Origin: Occultella glacieicola
Lineage (GTDB): Bacteria > Actinomycetota > Actinomycetes > Actinomycetales > Beutenbergiaceae
Reading direction: 5' to 3'
NCBI RefSeq assembly: GCF_004353825.1
Contig: NZ_SMNA01000005.1
Location: 434,001-498,000 of the forward strand
Length of the DNA stretch: 64,000 nt
Shown here: piece by piece, positions 48,835 through 58,305 of the stretch
Layout of the letters: every line of letters begins with the position of its first letter
Numbering within the stretch: the first letter of the stretch is position 1
The notes under the pieces: generated by a model
What the model was told of the DNA's origin: nothing
Database searches by the model: none
What the model saw: only the letters and a program-made list of their open reading frames with translations
Made by a program: the position numbers and the translations under genes

Positions 48835-49830
48835 TCAGCGCTCGTGGAGCGCGACCCCGATCTGGTCCGCGGCTCGCTGCAGCACGGCCTGCACGGCGAG
48901 CGTGTCCGCCCAGGGCATGATCTCGCTCTGCACGGCGCCGGCGGCCAGGGCCCGGTTCACCTCGTCGAACTCGAGCGCGTATCCGGCGCCCCCGGGTGCG
49001 ACGTCCATCGGCTCCGGGTCCGCCCCGTCCCGGTGCAGCACGAGCGAGGTCGGGTGGTGGAAGCGCGGCGGAACGTCGATCCACCCGTCGGTCCCGAAGA
49101 TGCGTCCCTGGCCCGGCAGCGGTAGCCGGAACGAGGTGAGCAGGCTCGCGGCACGCCCGTCGGCGTACCCCAGCGTGATCGCGGCCTCCGCGTCCACGCC
49201 GGTCTCGAGCAGGGTCCCGCTCGCCGTGACGGTGTCCGGGCCCCCGAGGAAGTGCTGGGCGAAGGAGACCACATACACGCCGAGGTCGAGCAGCGCGCCG
49301 CCGCCGAGCTCGAGCGCGAACAGGCGGTCGGAAGGTTCGAACTCCCGGCGCACGCCGAGGTCGGCCTGGACCGCCCGGACCTCACCGATCGCGCCGTCGG
49401 CGATCAGTTCGCGGGCCCGCACCAGCGCCGGCTGGAACCTCGTCCACATGGCCTCCATGACGAACGTGCCGGACTCCCGGGCCGCGGCCAGCACCTCCTC
49501 GGCGCCGGCGAGCGTGGCCGTGAACGACTTCTCCACGAGCACCGCCTTGCCGGCCCGCGCCGCCGCGATCGCCTGCCGGGCGTGGTCGGAGTGCGGCGTG
49601 GCGATGTAGATCGCGTCCACGTCCGGGTCGTCCAGCAGGGCCTCATGGGACCCGTGCGCCCGGATCTCGGTGCCGAGGGCGGCCCCGTGCTCGGTCGCGA
49701 AGGCCCGGGCCCGGTCCAGGGACGAGGAGCCGACGGCGGCCAGCACCCCGCCGTCGACGTGGCCGAAGTCGGCGGCCACCTTCGCCGCGATCCGACCCGG
49801 CCCGAGGATGCCCCAGCGCACCTGCGTCAT
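48835..49830 (-). CDS. Gfo/Idh/MocA family oxidoreductase
   Basis: WGILGPGRIA, YIATPH, VLVEKSF, MEAMWTRF, GGALLDLGVY. Confidence 0.93.
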   Translation of the reverse strand: MTQVRWGILGPGRIAAKVAADFGHVDGGVLAAVGSSSLDRARAFATEHGAALGTEIRAHGSHEALLDDPDVDAIYIATPHSDHARQAIAAARAGKAVLVEKSFTATLAGAEEVLAAARESGTFVMEAMWTRFQPALVRARELIADGAIGEVRAVQADLGVRREFEPSDRLFALELGGGALLDLGVYVVSFAQHFLGGPDTVTASGTLLETGVDAEAAITLGYADGRAASLLTSFRLPLPGQGRIFGTDGWIDVPPRFHHPTSLVLHRDGADPEPMDVAPGGAGYALEFDEVNRALAAGAVQSEIMPWADTLAVQAVLQRAADQIGVALHER

Positions 49831-49939
49831 GTCCCGTCCATCTCCCGCGATCGTCGCGAACGTTTCCGACCCTGCCGTCCGACCTGCCAGTGGCACGCGC
49901 GGCGCGCGAGTTCCACCATCGTTCCGCCATCATGGTGGC

Positions 49940-50644
49940 ATGCCGACACCGCTGCCGACCCTGACCGCCGAACTTCGGGACCAGTGGGACCTGCTCCGGG
50001 GCAGGCTCGAGGACCTCGACCACGACGTGCTCGCCGAGCCGAGTGCCGTCCCCGGCTGGAGCGTCGCCGACCTGGTCGCGCACCTCGGACGTTCGATCGC
50101 GGCGTTCTCCGCCTGCGAGGCACAGCCCGCCGAGGTGGAGCCCCTGTCCCTCGGGGAGTACCTGCGCGGCTACGCGATGGGCGCCGAGGAGATCACCCGC
50201 GCGGCGAAGACCCTGGCGGCCGACCTCGGCGACGATCCCCTGCCCCGCCTGGACGAGCTGTCCGAGGCCGCCTTCGAACGCCTCGCCGCGCTCACGGAGG
50301 CGGGACCGGATGCGGTGGTGCTCGCCCGGCGCGGGCCGATCACCGTGCGCGACCTGGTGCTCACCCGGATCATCGAGCTCGTGGCGCACGGGTACGACCT
50401 CGCCACGGACCTGCCCGACCCCGCTCCGGTCGACGCCGGGGCGCGCAGGCTGGCCGCGGAGGCGCTGCTCGAGGCGCTCAACTGGGCCAGCGGCTACGAC
50501 CTGCAGGTGGGCGACGAGGTCGCCTGGATCAAGACGGCGACGGGACGGCTCACCTGGGCCGACGCGGTCGCCGCGGGGGCGCTGCGCCCGGAGTACCTCA
50601 GTGACGGGCTCCCCGACGTGAGCCGTTTCCTTCCGTTGATCTGA
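49940..50644 (+). CDS. mycothiol-dependent maleylpyruvate isomerase N-terminal (DinB-like) domain protein
   Basis: PSAVPGWSVADLVAHL and TRIIELVAHGYDL (His-Glu-His metal triad). Confidence 0.85.
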   Translation: MPTPLPTLTAELRDQWDLLRGRLEDLDHDVLAEPSAVPGWSVADLVAHLGRSIAAFSACEAQPAEVEPLSLGEYLRGYAMGAEEITRAAKTLAADLGDDPLPRLDELSEAAFERLAALTEAGPDAVVLARRGPITVRDLVLTRIIELVAHGYDLATDLPDPAPVDAGARRLAAEALLEALNWASGYDLQVGDEVAWIKTATGRLTWADAVAAGALRPEYLSDGLPDVSRFLPLI

Positions 50645-51764
50645 GCGCCCGGCGGCTCGGCTCGCCGCCCGTTCGGGCGGCCTGGGCCGCGGGTGCCTGG
50701 CGGTGCCCCGACCGGTCTGTCCGGATCACCTCGGCGCGGGCATCGGCGAGTGCGAGACCGCCCTCGGCGAAGCGCCACTGGGACCAGGCGTCGGCCGGTT
50801 CGTGACCGAGCAGGTGCGCGGCCGCGGCGTCGAGCTCTCCGTGCTCGACGCCGCCGGAGACCACGACCACGCCGTCCTGCCGGAGCCACGCCGTGTGGTC
50901 GCGCTCTCGCGAACGCAGCACGATCCGCACCGGGGCGTCGACCAGTGCCGCGACGGCGCGCAGGTGCTCGGACGCCCGCACCGGTTCGGGTTCGCGCCGC
51001 AGCGGGAACCGGGTGGTGGGGTGGGCGGCTGGCGGCTGTGGTGGCGGTGCGGTCGCAGCGGCCGCTACTGGGGCGGACCGGACCGGCTCGGCAGGCGCCG
51101 GCGCGGTCGCCGGCGCCGCGGCCCGCCCGATCGATGCCGGAGCGGTCTCCGGCACCGCGGTCGAGCCGACCGGTGCCACCGGACCGGTGACGGGAGCGAG
51201 TTCGGGCTCCGCCTCGCCGTCGAACACCCGCACCCGGGACGGCGCGACGTCGGTGACGTCGAGCAGCGGCGCACCGGAGGGGCCCTCCCGGACATCCACG
51301 GCGACCACCCGCACACCGTGCATCACCCGCAGGCCGGCGAGCACCTCGGCGGACACGTCACCGGCCACGAGGTACAGCTGCGGGCCCGGTTGGGCGCCCG
51401 CGGGCCGGGACTCCCGGAACGCGTTCCAGTCACGCCGGAAACCGGCCACACCGGACCGGTACCGACCCGCGATGGTCAGCCAGGACGCCGCCGCGTTCTC
51501 ACCGGCACCGGCGAGGGCGCGCATCAGCGTGGCCTCGTCGAGCCGGTCCACGACCAGGGCGGTGACCACCTGACCGGCGGGATCCATCGCGGTCAGCACC
51601 GGCTCGGCCCCATCGCTCCAACAGATCGGGAAGAGGTCCGCTTCGAGCACGTCGAGCAGATATCGCCGTAGCGCCGATCTGTGGTCGGGGTTCAGCCGGC
51701 TCGGGCCCTGCCGTCCGAACGTCGCTGGGACGAGGTGACCGGACTCGAACGCGAACGACGGCAT
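50598..51764 (-). CDS. hypothetical protein: degenerate nuclease-like N-domain, Pro/Ala linker, RAMA-like C-domain
   Basis: C-terminal HTAWLRQDGVVVVSGG..H..LDAAA..L.G...DAWSQWRF..GG.ALADAR resembles RAMA; N-terminal LTAMDPAGQVVT. Confidence 0.65.
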   Translation of the reverse strand: MPSFAFESGHLVPATFGRQGPSRLNPDHRSALRRYLLDVLEADLFPICWSDGAEPVLTAMDPAGQVVTALVVDRLDEATLMRALAGAGENAAASWLTIAGRYRSGVAGFRRDWNAFRESRPAGAQPGPQLYLVAGDVSAEVLAGLRVMHGVRVVAVDVREGPSGAPLLDVTDVAPSRVRVFDGEAEPELAPVTGPVAPVGSTAVPETAPASIGRAAAPATAPAPAEPVRSAPVAAAATAPPPQPPAAHPTTRFPLRREPEPVRASEHLRAVAALVDAPVRIVLRSRERDHTAWLRQDGVVVVSGGVEHGELDAAAAHLLGHEPADAWSQWRFAEGGLALADARAEVIRTDRSGHRQAPAAQAARTGGEPSRRALRSTEGNGSRRGARH

Positions 51765-51881
51765 CGGCAAGGGTTCTCTTCTGATGGCAGCGGCGGGCAC
51801 GGCAGTGCTTCCGCGGAAGCGCGCCGTCAGTTCTGTGACTGTCCTGCCCCGGGGACCATTCTGACACTCCCAGCGCAGGGA

Positions 51882-54827
51882 TCAAGAGTGCCGGAGCAAC
51901 TGGGCCAGTTGCATTCCGGTAACGTCTGCCAACTGCTTCGCCTGGGTGCGGCAGGAGAAGCCGTCGGCCAGGTACACGGCCCCCTCCGGCGCCTCCCGCA
52001 GCGCCGGCAGCAGCGCCTGCTCGGCCACCGCGACGGACACGTCGTAGTGGCCCTTCTCCATGCCGAAGTTCCCGGCCAGCCCGCAACAGGTACCGAGCGT
52101 GGACACCTGCGCACCGGCCCGGCGGAGCAGTTCCAGGTCCGCCTCGTATCCCATCACGGCGTGCTGATGGCAGTGCGGCTGGGCGATGACCTGCGTCCCG
52201 TCCAGGTCCGGCGGGGCCCAGTCCGCGGGACCGACCGGGGCCGGGGCGGTCAGGAGCTCGGCGAGGGTGTAGGTCCCCTTCGCCAGGGCGGCGGCACGTG
52301 GGTCGTCGGGGAACAGGTCCGGCAGGTCCGAGCGCAGCACCGCCGTGCAGGACGGCTCGATCCCGACGATCGGGATGCCCGCCTCGGCGTACGGCCCGAG
52401 CACGTCCATGGTCTGGCTCAGCCGGGCCCGGGCACCGTCGAGCTGGCCGGTCGAGATCCAGGTGAGGCCGCAGCACGCACTCGCCTCCGGCAGCCGCACG
52501 GTGTACCCGGCCTGCTCGAGCACGTCGACCATCGCCCGGGCCCCGGCGGTGTCCAGATGCTCGGAGAACGAGTCCGCCCAGAGCAGCACCTCGGTGCCCG
52601 ATCGGCCCATGCTGCCCGACGTCGTCACTCGCCCCGGCGCCGACGTCACCTCGGCGGTCGGCACCCGGGCGCCCGGCCCTTCGGGCCGGCTGGGCGCCCG
52701 CCTGCGCCACCACCTGCTGAACGGCTCCTCGGCGAAGGTGACCATCCGCCGTCGGACATCCATGCCACCGCCGGCGAGCACCAGCTTCGCGATCGGGCGA
52801 ACCCCGAGCACCGCATTCACCAGCCGTGAGACACCCGGCACGGCCGTGATCAGCCGGGCCCAGCGGGGCAGCCAACCGAGCGCGTAGTGGCTGATCGGAC
52901 GCACCTTGCCGCGGTAGCTGCGGTGCAGCACCTCGGACTTGTACTGGGCCATGTCCACCCCGGCCGGGCAGTCCGACGAGCACGCCTTGCAGGACAGGCA
53001 CAGGTCCAGCGAGTCGTGCACCTCCGGGGCGTCCCAGCCCTGCACGAGGGTGCCGTTGGCCATCTCCTGGAGCACCCGGGCGCGGCCGCGGGTGGAGTCC
53101 TTCTCGTCCCTGGTGGCCAGGTAGGAGGGGCACATGAAGGACCCGGCGTCGGTCAGGTCGGCGCGGCACTTGCCGACGCCGACGCACCGGTGCACGGCGG
53201 TGGTGAAGTCGCCGTCGTCGTGGGCGAACGCGAAGCCCGAGGAGGCCAGCATCGGCAGCGGGCGGGCGTGCGGGCGGCGCAGGTCCTCATCCACGCGCCG
53301 GGGCCGCACCACGACTCCGGGGTTGAGCAGGTCCTCGGGGTCGAAGAGCGCCTTGACCGCCTCGAAGGTGGCGATCGCCTCGGCCGAGTACATCAGTGGC
53401 AGCAGCTCCCCGCGGGCCCGGCCGTCCCCGTGCTCGCCCGAGAGGGAGCCGCCGTGGGAGGCCACGAGTCTCGCCGCGTCGAGCATGAAGGAGCGGAACT
53501 GCGCGGCGCCGGCCTCGTCGGTCATCGGGAAGTCGATACGCACGTGGATGCAGCCGTCCCCGAAGTGCCCGTACGGCAGTCCGTCCACACCGTAGGAGGC
53601 CATGAGCGCCTCGAACTCGCGCAGGTAGGTGCCGAGCCGCTCCGGCGGCACGGCCGCATCCTCCCAACCCGGCCACGCCTGGGCACCGGACCCGGTGCGC
53701 CCGGCCAGCCCTGCGCCGTCGGCCCGGATCTTCCACATCGCGGTCGCGTCCGGTCCCGGCGGCATGATCCGGGTCGCCTCGGTGCCGGAGTCCGCGACGA
53801 TCGCGCGGGCCGAGGCCAGTGCCGCCTCCTGGGTCTCGCCGCCGACCTCCACGAGCAGCCAGCCGGCGCCCGGCGGCAGGTCCGGCACCGAGTCGGGACC
53901 GTGGTGGGCGCGCACGACGTCCACGAGTTTCGCGTCAAGGCCCTCGATCGCGAGCGGGGCGTGGGCGAGCATGGTCGGCACCGCGTCCGCGGCCGAGGGC
54001 ATGTCCGGGTAGCCGAGCGCCACCAGCATCGGGGAACTCGGGATCGGCACCAGCGCCACGGTGGCCTCGAGGATGGTGACCAGGGTGCCCTCGGTACCGA
54101 CCAGGAACTTCGCCAGGTCGGTGCCGTTCTCGGGCAGCAGGTGCTCGAGGGAGTACCCGGACACCTGGCGGCCGAAGCGGCCGAACTCGGTGCGGATCAG
54201 GGCCAGGCGGGAGCGGACCAGGTCCGCCAGGCCGGGGATCTCGTCAAGGGCGCCGGCCCCGGTGCCGGTACCGAAGCGCCGCCCGGTGCCGTCCACGACG
54301 TCGAGGGCGATGGTGTTGTCCACCGTGCGCCCGTAGGCGACGGCGTGCGGGCCGCAGGCGTTGTTGCCGATCATCCCGGCGAGGGTGGCTCGGGCCTGGG
54401 TGGACGGGTCCGGCCCGAACCGCAGGCCGTGCGGCCGCGCGGCCGCCTGCAGGTCGGACATGATGACGCCCGGCTGCACCCGCGCGGTCCGCGCGACCGG
54501 GTCGATCTCGAGGACCTTGTTCAGGTGCCGGGAGAAGTCGATGACGATCCCGGGCCCGACGGCGTTGCCGGCCACCGAGGTGCCGCCACCTCGGGCGGTC
54601 ACGGGGGTGCCGTACTCACGGGCGGTGGCGAGCGTGGCGAGCACGTCCTCGGTGCTCCTCGGGAACACCACCACCTGGGGCGGGACCCGGTAGTTCGAGG
54701 CGTCCGTGGCGTATTCCGATCGGCGCCGCGCGGAGGCATCCACCTCCCCGGTGATCGCACGGCCGAGGGCCGCGACCAGATCCGCCACCTCGGGCGCCAC
54801 GGGGGGATTCGTGCTCAGGGTCGACAC
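51882..54827 (-). CDS. FAD-binding and (Fe-S)-binding oxidoreductase (GlcD/GlcF-like fusion, YdiJ/Dld-type)
   Basis: RGGGTSVAG, GMIGNNACG, GHFGDGCIH, GEHGDG, CVGVGKC, CLSCKACSSDCP, two CCG motifs; GAAACT 7 nt before GTG. Confidence 0.93.
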   Translation of the reverse strand: MSTLSTNPPVAPEVADLVAALGRAITGEVDASARRRSEYATDASNYRVPPQVVVFPRSTEDVLATLATAREYGTPVTARGGGTSVAGNAVGPGIVIDFSRHLNKVLEIDPVARTARVQPGVIMSDLQAAARPHGLRFGPDPSTQARATLAGMIGNNACGPHAVAYGRTVDNTIALDVVDGTGRRFGTGTGAGALDEIPGLADLVRSRLALIRTEFGRFGRQVSGYSLEHLLPENGTDLAKFLVGTEGTLVTILEATVALVPIPSSPMLVALGYPDMPSAADAVPTMLAHAPLAIEGLDAKLVDVVRAHHGPDSVPDLPPGAGWLLVEVGGETQEAALASARAIVADSGTEATRIMPPGPDATAMWKIRADGAGLAGRTGSGAQAWPGWEDAAVPPERLGTYLREFEALMASYGVDGLPYGHFGDGCIHVRIDFPMTDEAGAAQFRSFMLDAARLVASHGGSLSGEHGDGRARGELLPLMYSAEAIATFEAVKALFDPEDLLNPGVVVRPRRVDEDLRRPHARPLPMLASSGFAFAHDDGDFTTAVHRCVGVGKCRADLTDAGSFMCPSYLATRDEKDSTRGRARVLQEMANGTLVQGWDAPEVHDSLDLCLSCKACSSDCPAGVDMAQYKSEVLHRSYRGKVRPISHYALGWLPRWARLITAVPGVSRLVNAVLGVRPIAKLVLAGGGMDVRRRMVTFAEEPFSRWWRRRAPSRPEGPGARVPTAEVTSAPGRVTTSGSMGRSGTEVLLWADSFSEHLDTAGARAMVDVLEQAGYTVRLPEASACCGLTWISTGQLDGARARLSQTMDVLGPYAEAGIPIVGIEPSCTAVLRSDLPDLFPDDPRAAALAKGTYTLAELLTAPAPVGPADWAPPDLDGTQVIAQPHCHQHAVMGYEADLELLRRAGAQVSTLGTCCGLAGNFGMEKGHYDVSVAVAEQALLPALREAPEGAVYLADGFSCRTQAKQLADVTGMQLAQLLRHS

Positions 54828-54911
54828 GTTCGCCAGTTTCCCACGCCCGCGCCCGGCCCCGTGCTCCCGCCCCGGTTGTGAGACCGCCACGGCCACGGGA
54901 CCCATCCCGGA

Positions 54912-54987
54912 CGCCGAGATCGCACCGGCCGCCTCGAGATCGTGCCCCCCGGCGTACGAGTTCGAGGCGGCAGGTGCGATCTGAAGC
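54912..54987 (-). repeat. intergenic hairpin repeat, copy C (opposite orientation)
   Basis: CGCCGAGATCGCACC.GCCGCCTCGAGATCGT-gccccccggcgt-ACGAGTTCGAGGCGGC.GGTGCGATCT aligns to the reverse complement of copy A. Confidence 0.8.
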
Positions 54988-55041
54988 CGCGGCCTCACCG
55001 ACCACCCGCCCGGGCCCCTCCGGCCCGGGCGAGCGGGCGTC

Positions 55042-56544
55042 TCAGTCGGCGCCGAAGTCCAGACCCGCGTCGGCGACGGCGTTCATGGTCCAGACCCCGC
55101 CCTCGGTGTCGAACAGCCGCCACGCCGGGACGAGCACCACGGCGCCGTCGTCGGAGTACACCGACATCAGGACGAGTTCCGACCCGTTGATCGTGACCTG
55201 ACGGACCGGCCAGTCGATCGGGGCGCCCACCTCGGCGGGCGCCGGCGCCTCGGTCGGTGGCGCGGCATCGACCGGCGCGTCGGCCGGGCCGGCGGGCGCC
55301 TCGACTGCTTCCGGTGCCGACTCCTGTGCCGACTCCTGAGCTGGATCCTGGGCTGTGCCCGGGGCCGTCTCCTCGGCCGCCGTGCCGGGGGCGGGCTCAC
55401 CGGCACCGGAGTCCTCCACGGGTCCCGCCGGAGCCTCCGCGACCGCGGAGCCGGCCGCGCTGAACGGCATGATCCCGCCACCGCCGGCGCCGAACCGTGG
55501 GTCGGTGAGCCGCTGCACCGCTTCCGCGGGCGAGACCACCTCGTAGGAACCGAGGGAGAAGACCTCGGCCATCGACCCCCATGCCGAGGCGATCCCCTCG
55601 GTGGTGACGGTGAACTGCCAGCCGATCACGCCCTCGACCGTGCCCGCGCCGATGTTCGGGGTCGCGAGCACGTTCGTCGCGTGCTCACCCGGCTCGGTGA
55701 TGCTCCAGTTGTAATCCCCGACGTCGCCGCCGGCCGCGGTCACGACCGCCTGGGCGGCGGCGATCGCCTCGTCCTCGCCGGCGGCCACCTGTTCACCCTC
55801 GCACTCGGCCGCGGCGGTGTCACCGCCGCCGGTGTCCGGCTCGATCTGCTCGATGGCGGCGCACCGCCACGGGTCCAGAGACGGGTTCGTATAGCTCGTC
55901 GAGGCCGTCCCGTCGACGTACACGGACAGCACCGGGCCGCCGCCGTCCCAGGAACCGACCGTCCAGGCGCCGTCGGCGAGCACCGGTTCGCCCTCGAGAC
56001 CGAGGGCCTGCGCCACCTGCGCGACCCGCTCTGCGGTCAGCGCCGCGCCCGCGTCCAGCCCGTACGCCTCCGCCGCCGAACCCTGCGTGGAGAGCCCGTC
56101 CGCGGTGAACTCCGTCCGGCCGTAGCCGGCGAGCATGGTGTCCGCCACCCTCCCGAGCGCTTCCTGCTCCACCGCCCCCCCGGCAGCGTCCTCGGAACCG
56201 TCGCTCGCGACGACGCTGCCGCCGTCGGGCTCCGTGCCGCTCGCGGCACCGATCGCGTACCCGCCGCCACCGAACACCGCGAGCGCGGCGACCGACGCGG
56301 CCACCAGCAGACCGCGGCGGCCCCGCCCGACGGCTGCGCGCCGGTTCCGCTTGGCGAGCAGCTCGTCGTCGTGCTCGGTGTTCTCGCGCTCGCGCCGCCC
56401 GGGGCCGTCCTCCTCGAGGTCGCCGACCCGAGCGGTCACGGCACTGCGCAGCATGTCCAGGTCCGGGGTGGAGCCGGCGGCCGGGTCGGCGGCGCGCAGG
56501 CGTCGGAACGCCTCGTCGGTGCCGGTGGGATCGTCGCTGCTCAT
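55042..56544 (-). CDS. single-pass membrane protein, putative anti-sigma factor
   Basis: Short N-terminal RLRAADPA segment, TM LLVAASVAALAVFGGGGYAI, large acidic extracytoplasmic region; downstream of an ECF sigma; GAGAGGA RBS. Confidence 0.7.
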   Translation of the reverse strand: MSSDDPTGTDEAFRRLRAADPAAGSTPDLDMLRSAVTARVGDLEEDGPGRRERENTEHDDELLAKRNRRAAVGRGRRGLLVAASVAALAVFGGGGYAIGAASGTEPDGGSVVASDGSEDAAGGAVEQEALGRVADTMLAGYGRTEFTADGLSTQGSAAEAYGLDAGAALTAERVAQVAQALGLEGEPVLADGAWTVGSWDGGGPVLSVYVDGTASTSYTNPSLDPWRCAAIEQIEPDTGGGDTAAAECEGEQVAAGEDEAIAAAQAVVTAAGGDVGDYNWSITEPGEHATNVLATPNIGAGTVEGVIGWQFTVTTEGIASAWGSMAEVFSLGSYEVVSPAEAVQRLTDPRFGAGGGGIMPFSAAGSAVAEAPAGPVEDSGAGEPAPGTAAEETAPGTAQDPAQESAQESAPEAVEAPAGPADAPVDAAPPTEAPAPAEVGAPIDWPVRQVTINGSELVLMSVYSDDGAVVLVPAWRLFDTEGGVWTMNAVADAGLDFGAD

Positions 56545-56707
56545 CAGATGTCCTCTCGCCGAGGGGCTTCGGGAGCCGCGACCGTCCTCGCCGGCCCGAT
56601 CCGTGGCGGATCGTGTGGTCGCCCTCGCCTTCGCCCTCTGCCCTGCCTGTGTGCCGTCGACGGCGGGTGTTGCGTCGGCGCCCGGCGCGCGGTGGGTGAC
56701 CCGGACC

Positions 56708-57241
56708 TCACGCGGTCACGCGCTCGTCCCAGGCCGAGCGCAGCCGCGCCCGGGCCCGGGACAACGCGGCGGCCGCCCCACCGCGGCCGATGCCGAGCGC
56801 CGCGGCCAGTTCCTCGCCGTCGAGGCCCTCCCAGGCGTGCAGCATCAGGACGTGCCGGTCCCGGTCGCTCAGCGCGGCGAGCGCATCACTCACCTGGGCG
56901 TCCGCGAGGACGAGATCTGCGGGATCGGCGGCGTACTCGCCGTCGGCGTCGTCGGGCAGCGACTCGACCGGGACCGGCCGGCCCTTGCGCCGGTGGTTGG
57001 CGAGCACGAACCCGGCCGTCCGGTACAGCCACGGCAGTTCGTGGCCCTCGGGGAGATCCGCGCGCCGACGCCATGCGGTCGCGAGGACGTCGGCCGTCAG
57101 GTCCTCGACGTCGTCACGGGGCGCACGGCGTAGGAAGTACCGGTGCACGGCGCCGGCGTGGGCGGTGAACAAGTCCTCGAACCAGGCTCGGTCACGGCCG
57201 GCGGGATCAGCCGCGGGCACGGGGCCGTCGTGGTCCGTCAT
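56708..57241 (-). CDS. ECF RNA polymerase sigma factor
   Basis: VEDLTADVLATAWRR, PWLYRTA, LSDRDRHVLMLHAWEGL...ELAAALG......LSRARARLR. Confidence 0.93.
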   Translation of the reverse strand: MTDHDGPVPAADPAGRDRAWFEDLFTAHAGAVHRYFLRRAPRDDVEDLTADVLATAWRRRADLPEGHELPWLYRTAGFVLANHRRKGRPVPVESLPDDADGEYAADPADLVLADAQVSDALAALSDRDRHVLMLHAWEGLDGEELAAALGIGRGGAAAALSRARARLRSAWDERVTA

Positions 57242-57354
57242 CGTCACTCCCGGATCTGCTGGGGGCACGGGCGGAATGCCACGGTGCTCTCAAGATGCCT
57301 ATGTCCCCATCACCGCGATCGTTGCACACGATCACACAGCCGACGTCGGTTCCG

Positions 57355-58305
57355 TCAGCTGGGTAGGTGGGCGCGGACGCGGGCGAGCAGGTCGGCGAAG
57401 GCGGCGTCGTCGAGCAGGAACGAGGCGTCCGCGAGAACGCCGAGCAGGGCGGTCGGTGCGTCGGGGTTAGTCGCGGCATACAGCATCCGCCACAGGACGA
57501 TCTCGTTGCCGGCACCGAGGAACGCCCGCCGGGCAGCGAGATCGGCGCTGGCGTCGAGTGCCCGGTTCGCCAGCGTCGAGACCACCTCGGCGCGCTGTCC
57601 GGCACCGGCCGCGGCAGCCACCTGGCCCGCGGACTGCCAGGTCAGTTCGCGGACCAGTCCCGCGTCCGCCGCAACCGCTGCGGCGGTGAGCGTGGCCACG
57701 TCCTGGTGCCAGGTGTGCCGGTTCCCGTACTGCTCGGGCAGCGGCGGCACCAGCAGGTACGCGCAGGGCTGGGTCCGGAGGTGCTGCCACAGTTGCTGCG
57801 TCAGGGACAACCCGACGAGTTCGGCCTGCGCCCGCAGGCCCCACGCGACGGCGCCGAGCGCCTCCACGCCGGAACCCGGCAACCCGAGCGGCGCGACCAA
57901 CTCGCGGAACCGGTCCGCACCGTGTGGCTGAGTGTCATTGATCCCGCCGATCACGGCACCGTTCTCGGCGATCTCCACGTCGGTGAGCAGGTTGACGTTC
58001 CAGTAGACGGAGACGGCCAGCCCGCCCGGGGAGGCCCGCCGGAGCACCACGGGGTTCGTGCCGACCCACCCGTTGGGTTCGACCACCAGCACCCGACCGG
58101 CCACGGCCGCGACCACGGCCCACGGCAGCGGCAGGTCCCCGCCCGAGGCCTCCTGCATCCGGGTGCCCGGCGGCACCGGGGTGCCCATCGCCCCGAAGGC
58201 CTTGAGCACGGCGCCGCCGTCCACGCCGCGCAGCACCGTGATCGTGGCGCCGTCGGCCAGGTCGCTGCTCTCCATCCAGCCCAACGGACCCACGGTGGTG
58301 GCCAT
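57355..58305 (-). CDS. DUF6461-like hypothetical protein
   Basis: ITVLRGVD...VL..FG, VLVVEPNGW.G......RRAS.GG.AVSVYWNVN...EIAENG; AAGGAG RBS. Confidence 0.65.
   Translation of the reverse strand: MATTVGPLGWMESSDLADGATITVLRGVDGGAVLKAFGAMGTPVPPGTRMQEASGGDLPLPWAVVAAVAGRVLVVEPNGWVGTNPVVLRRASPGGLAVSVYWNVNLLTDVEIAENGAVIGGINDTQPHGADRFRELVAPLGLPGSGVEALGAVAWGLRAQAELVGLSLTQQLWQHLRTQPCAYLLVPPLPEQYGNRHTWHQDVATLTAAAVAADAGLVRELTWQSAGQVAAAAGAGQRAEVVSTLANRALDASADLAARRAFLGAGNEIVLWRMLYAATNPDAPTALLGVLADASFLLDDAAFADLLARVRAHLPS

Noticed and set aside
57300..57326. ECF autoregulatory promoter (minus-strand TGCAAC-N15-GACATA)
   Set aside because: Plausible, but a single instance with no second copy found in the window is too weak to call.
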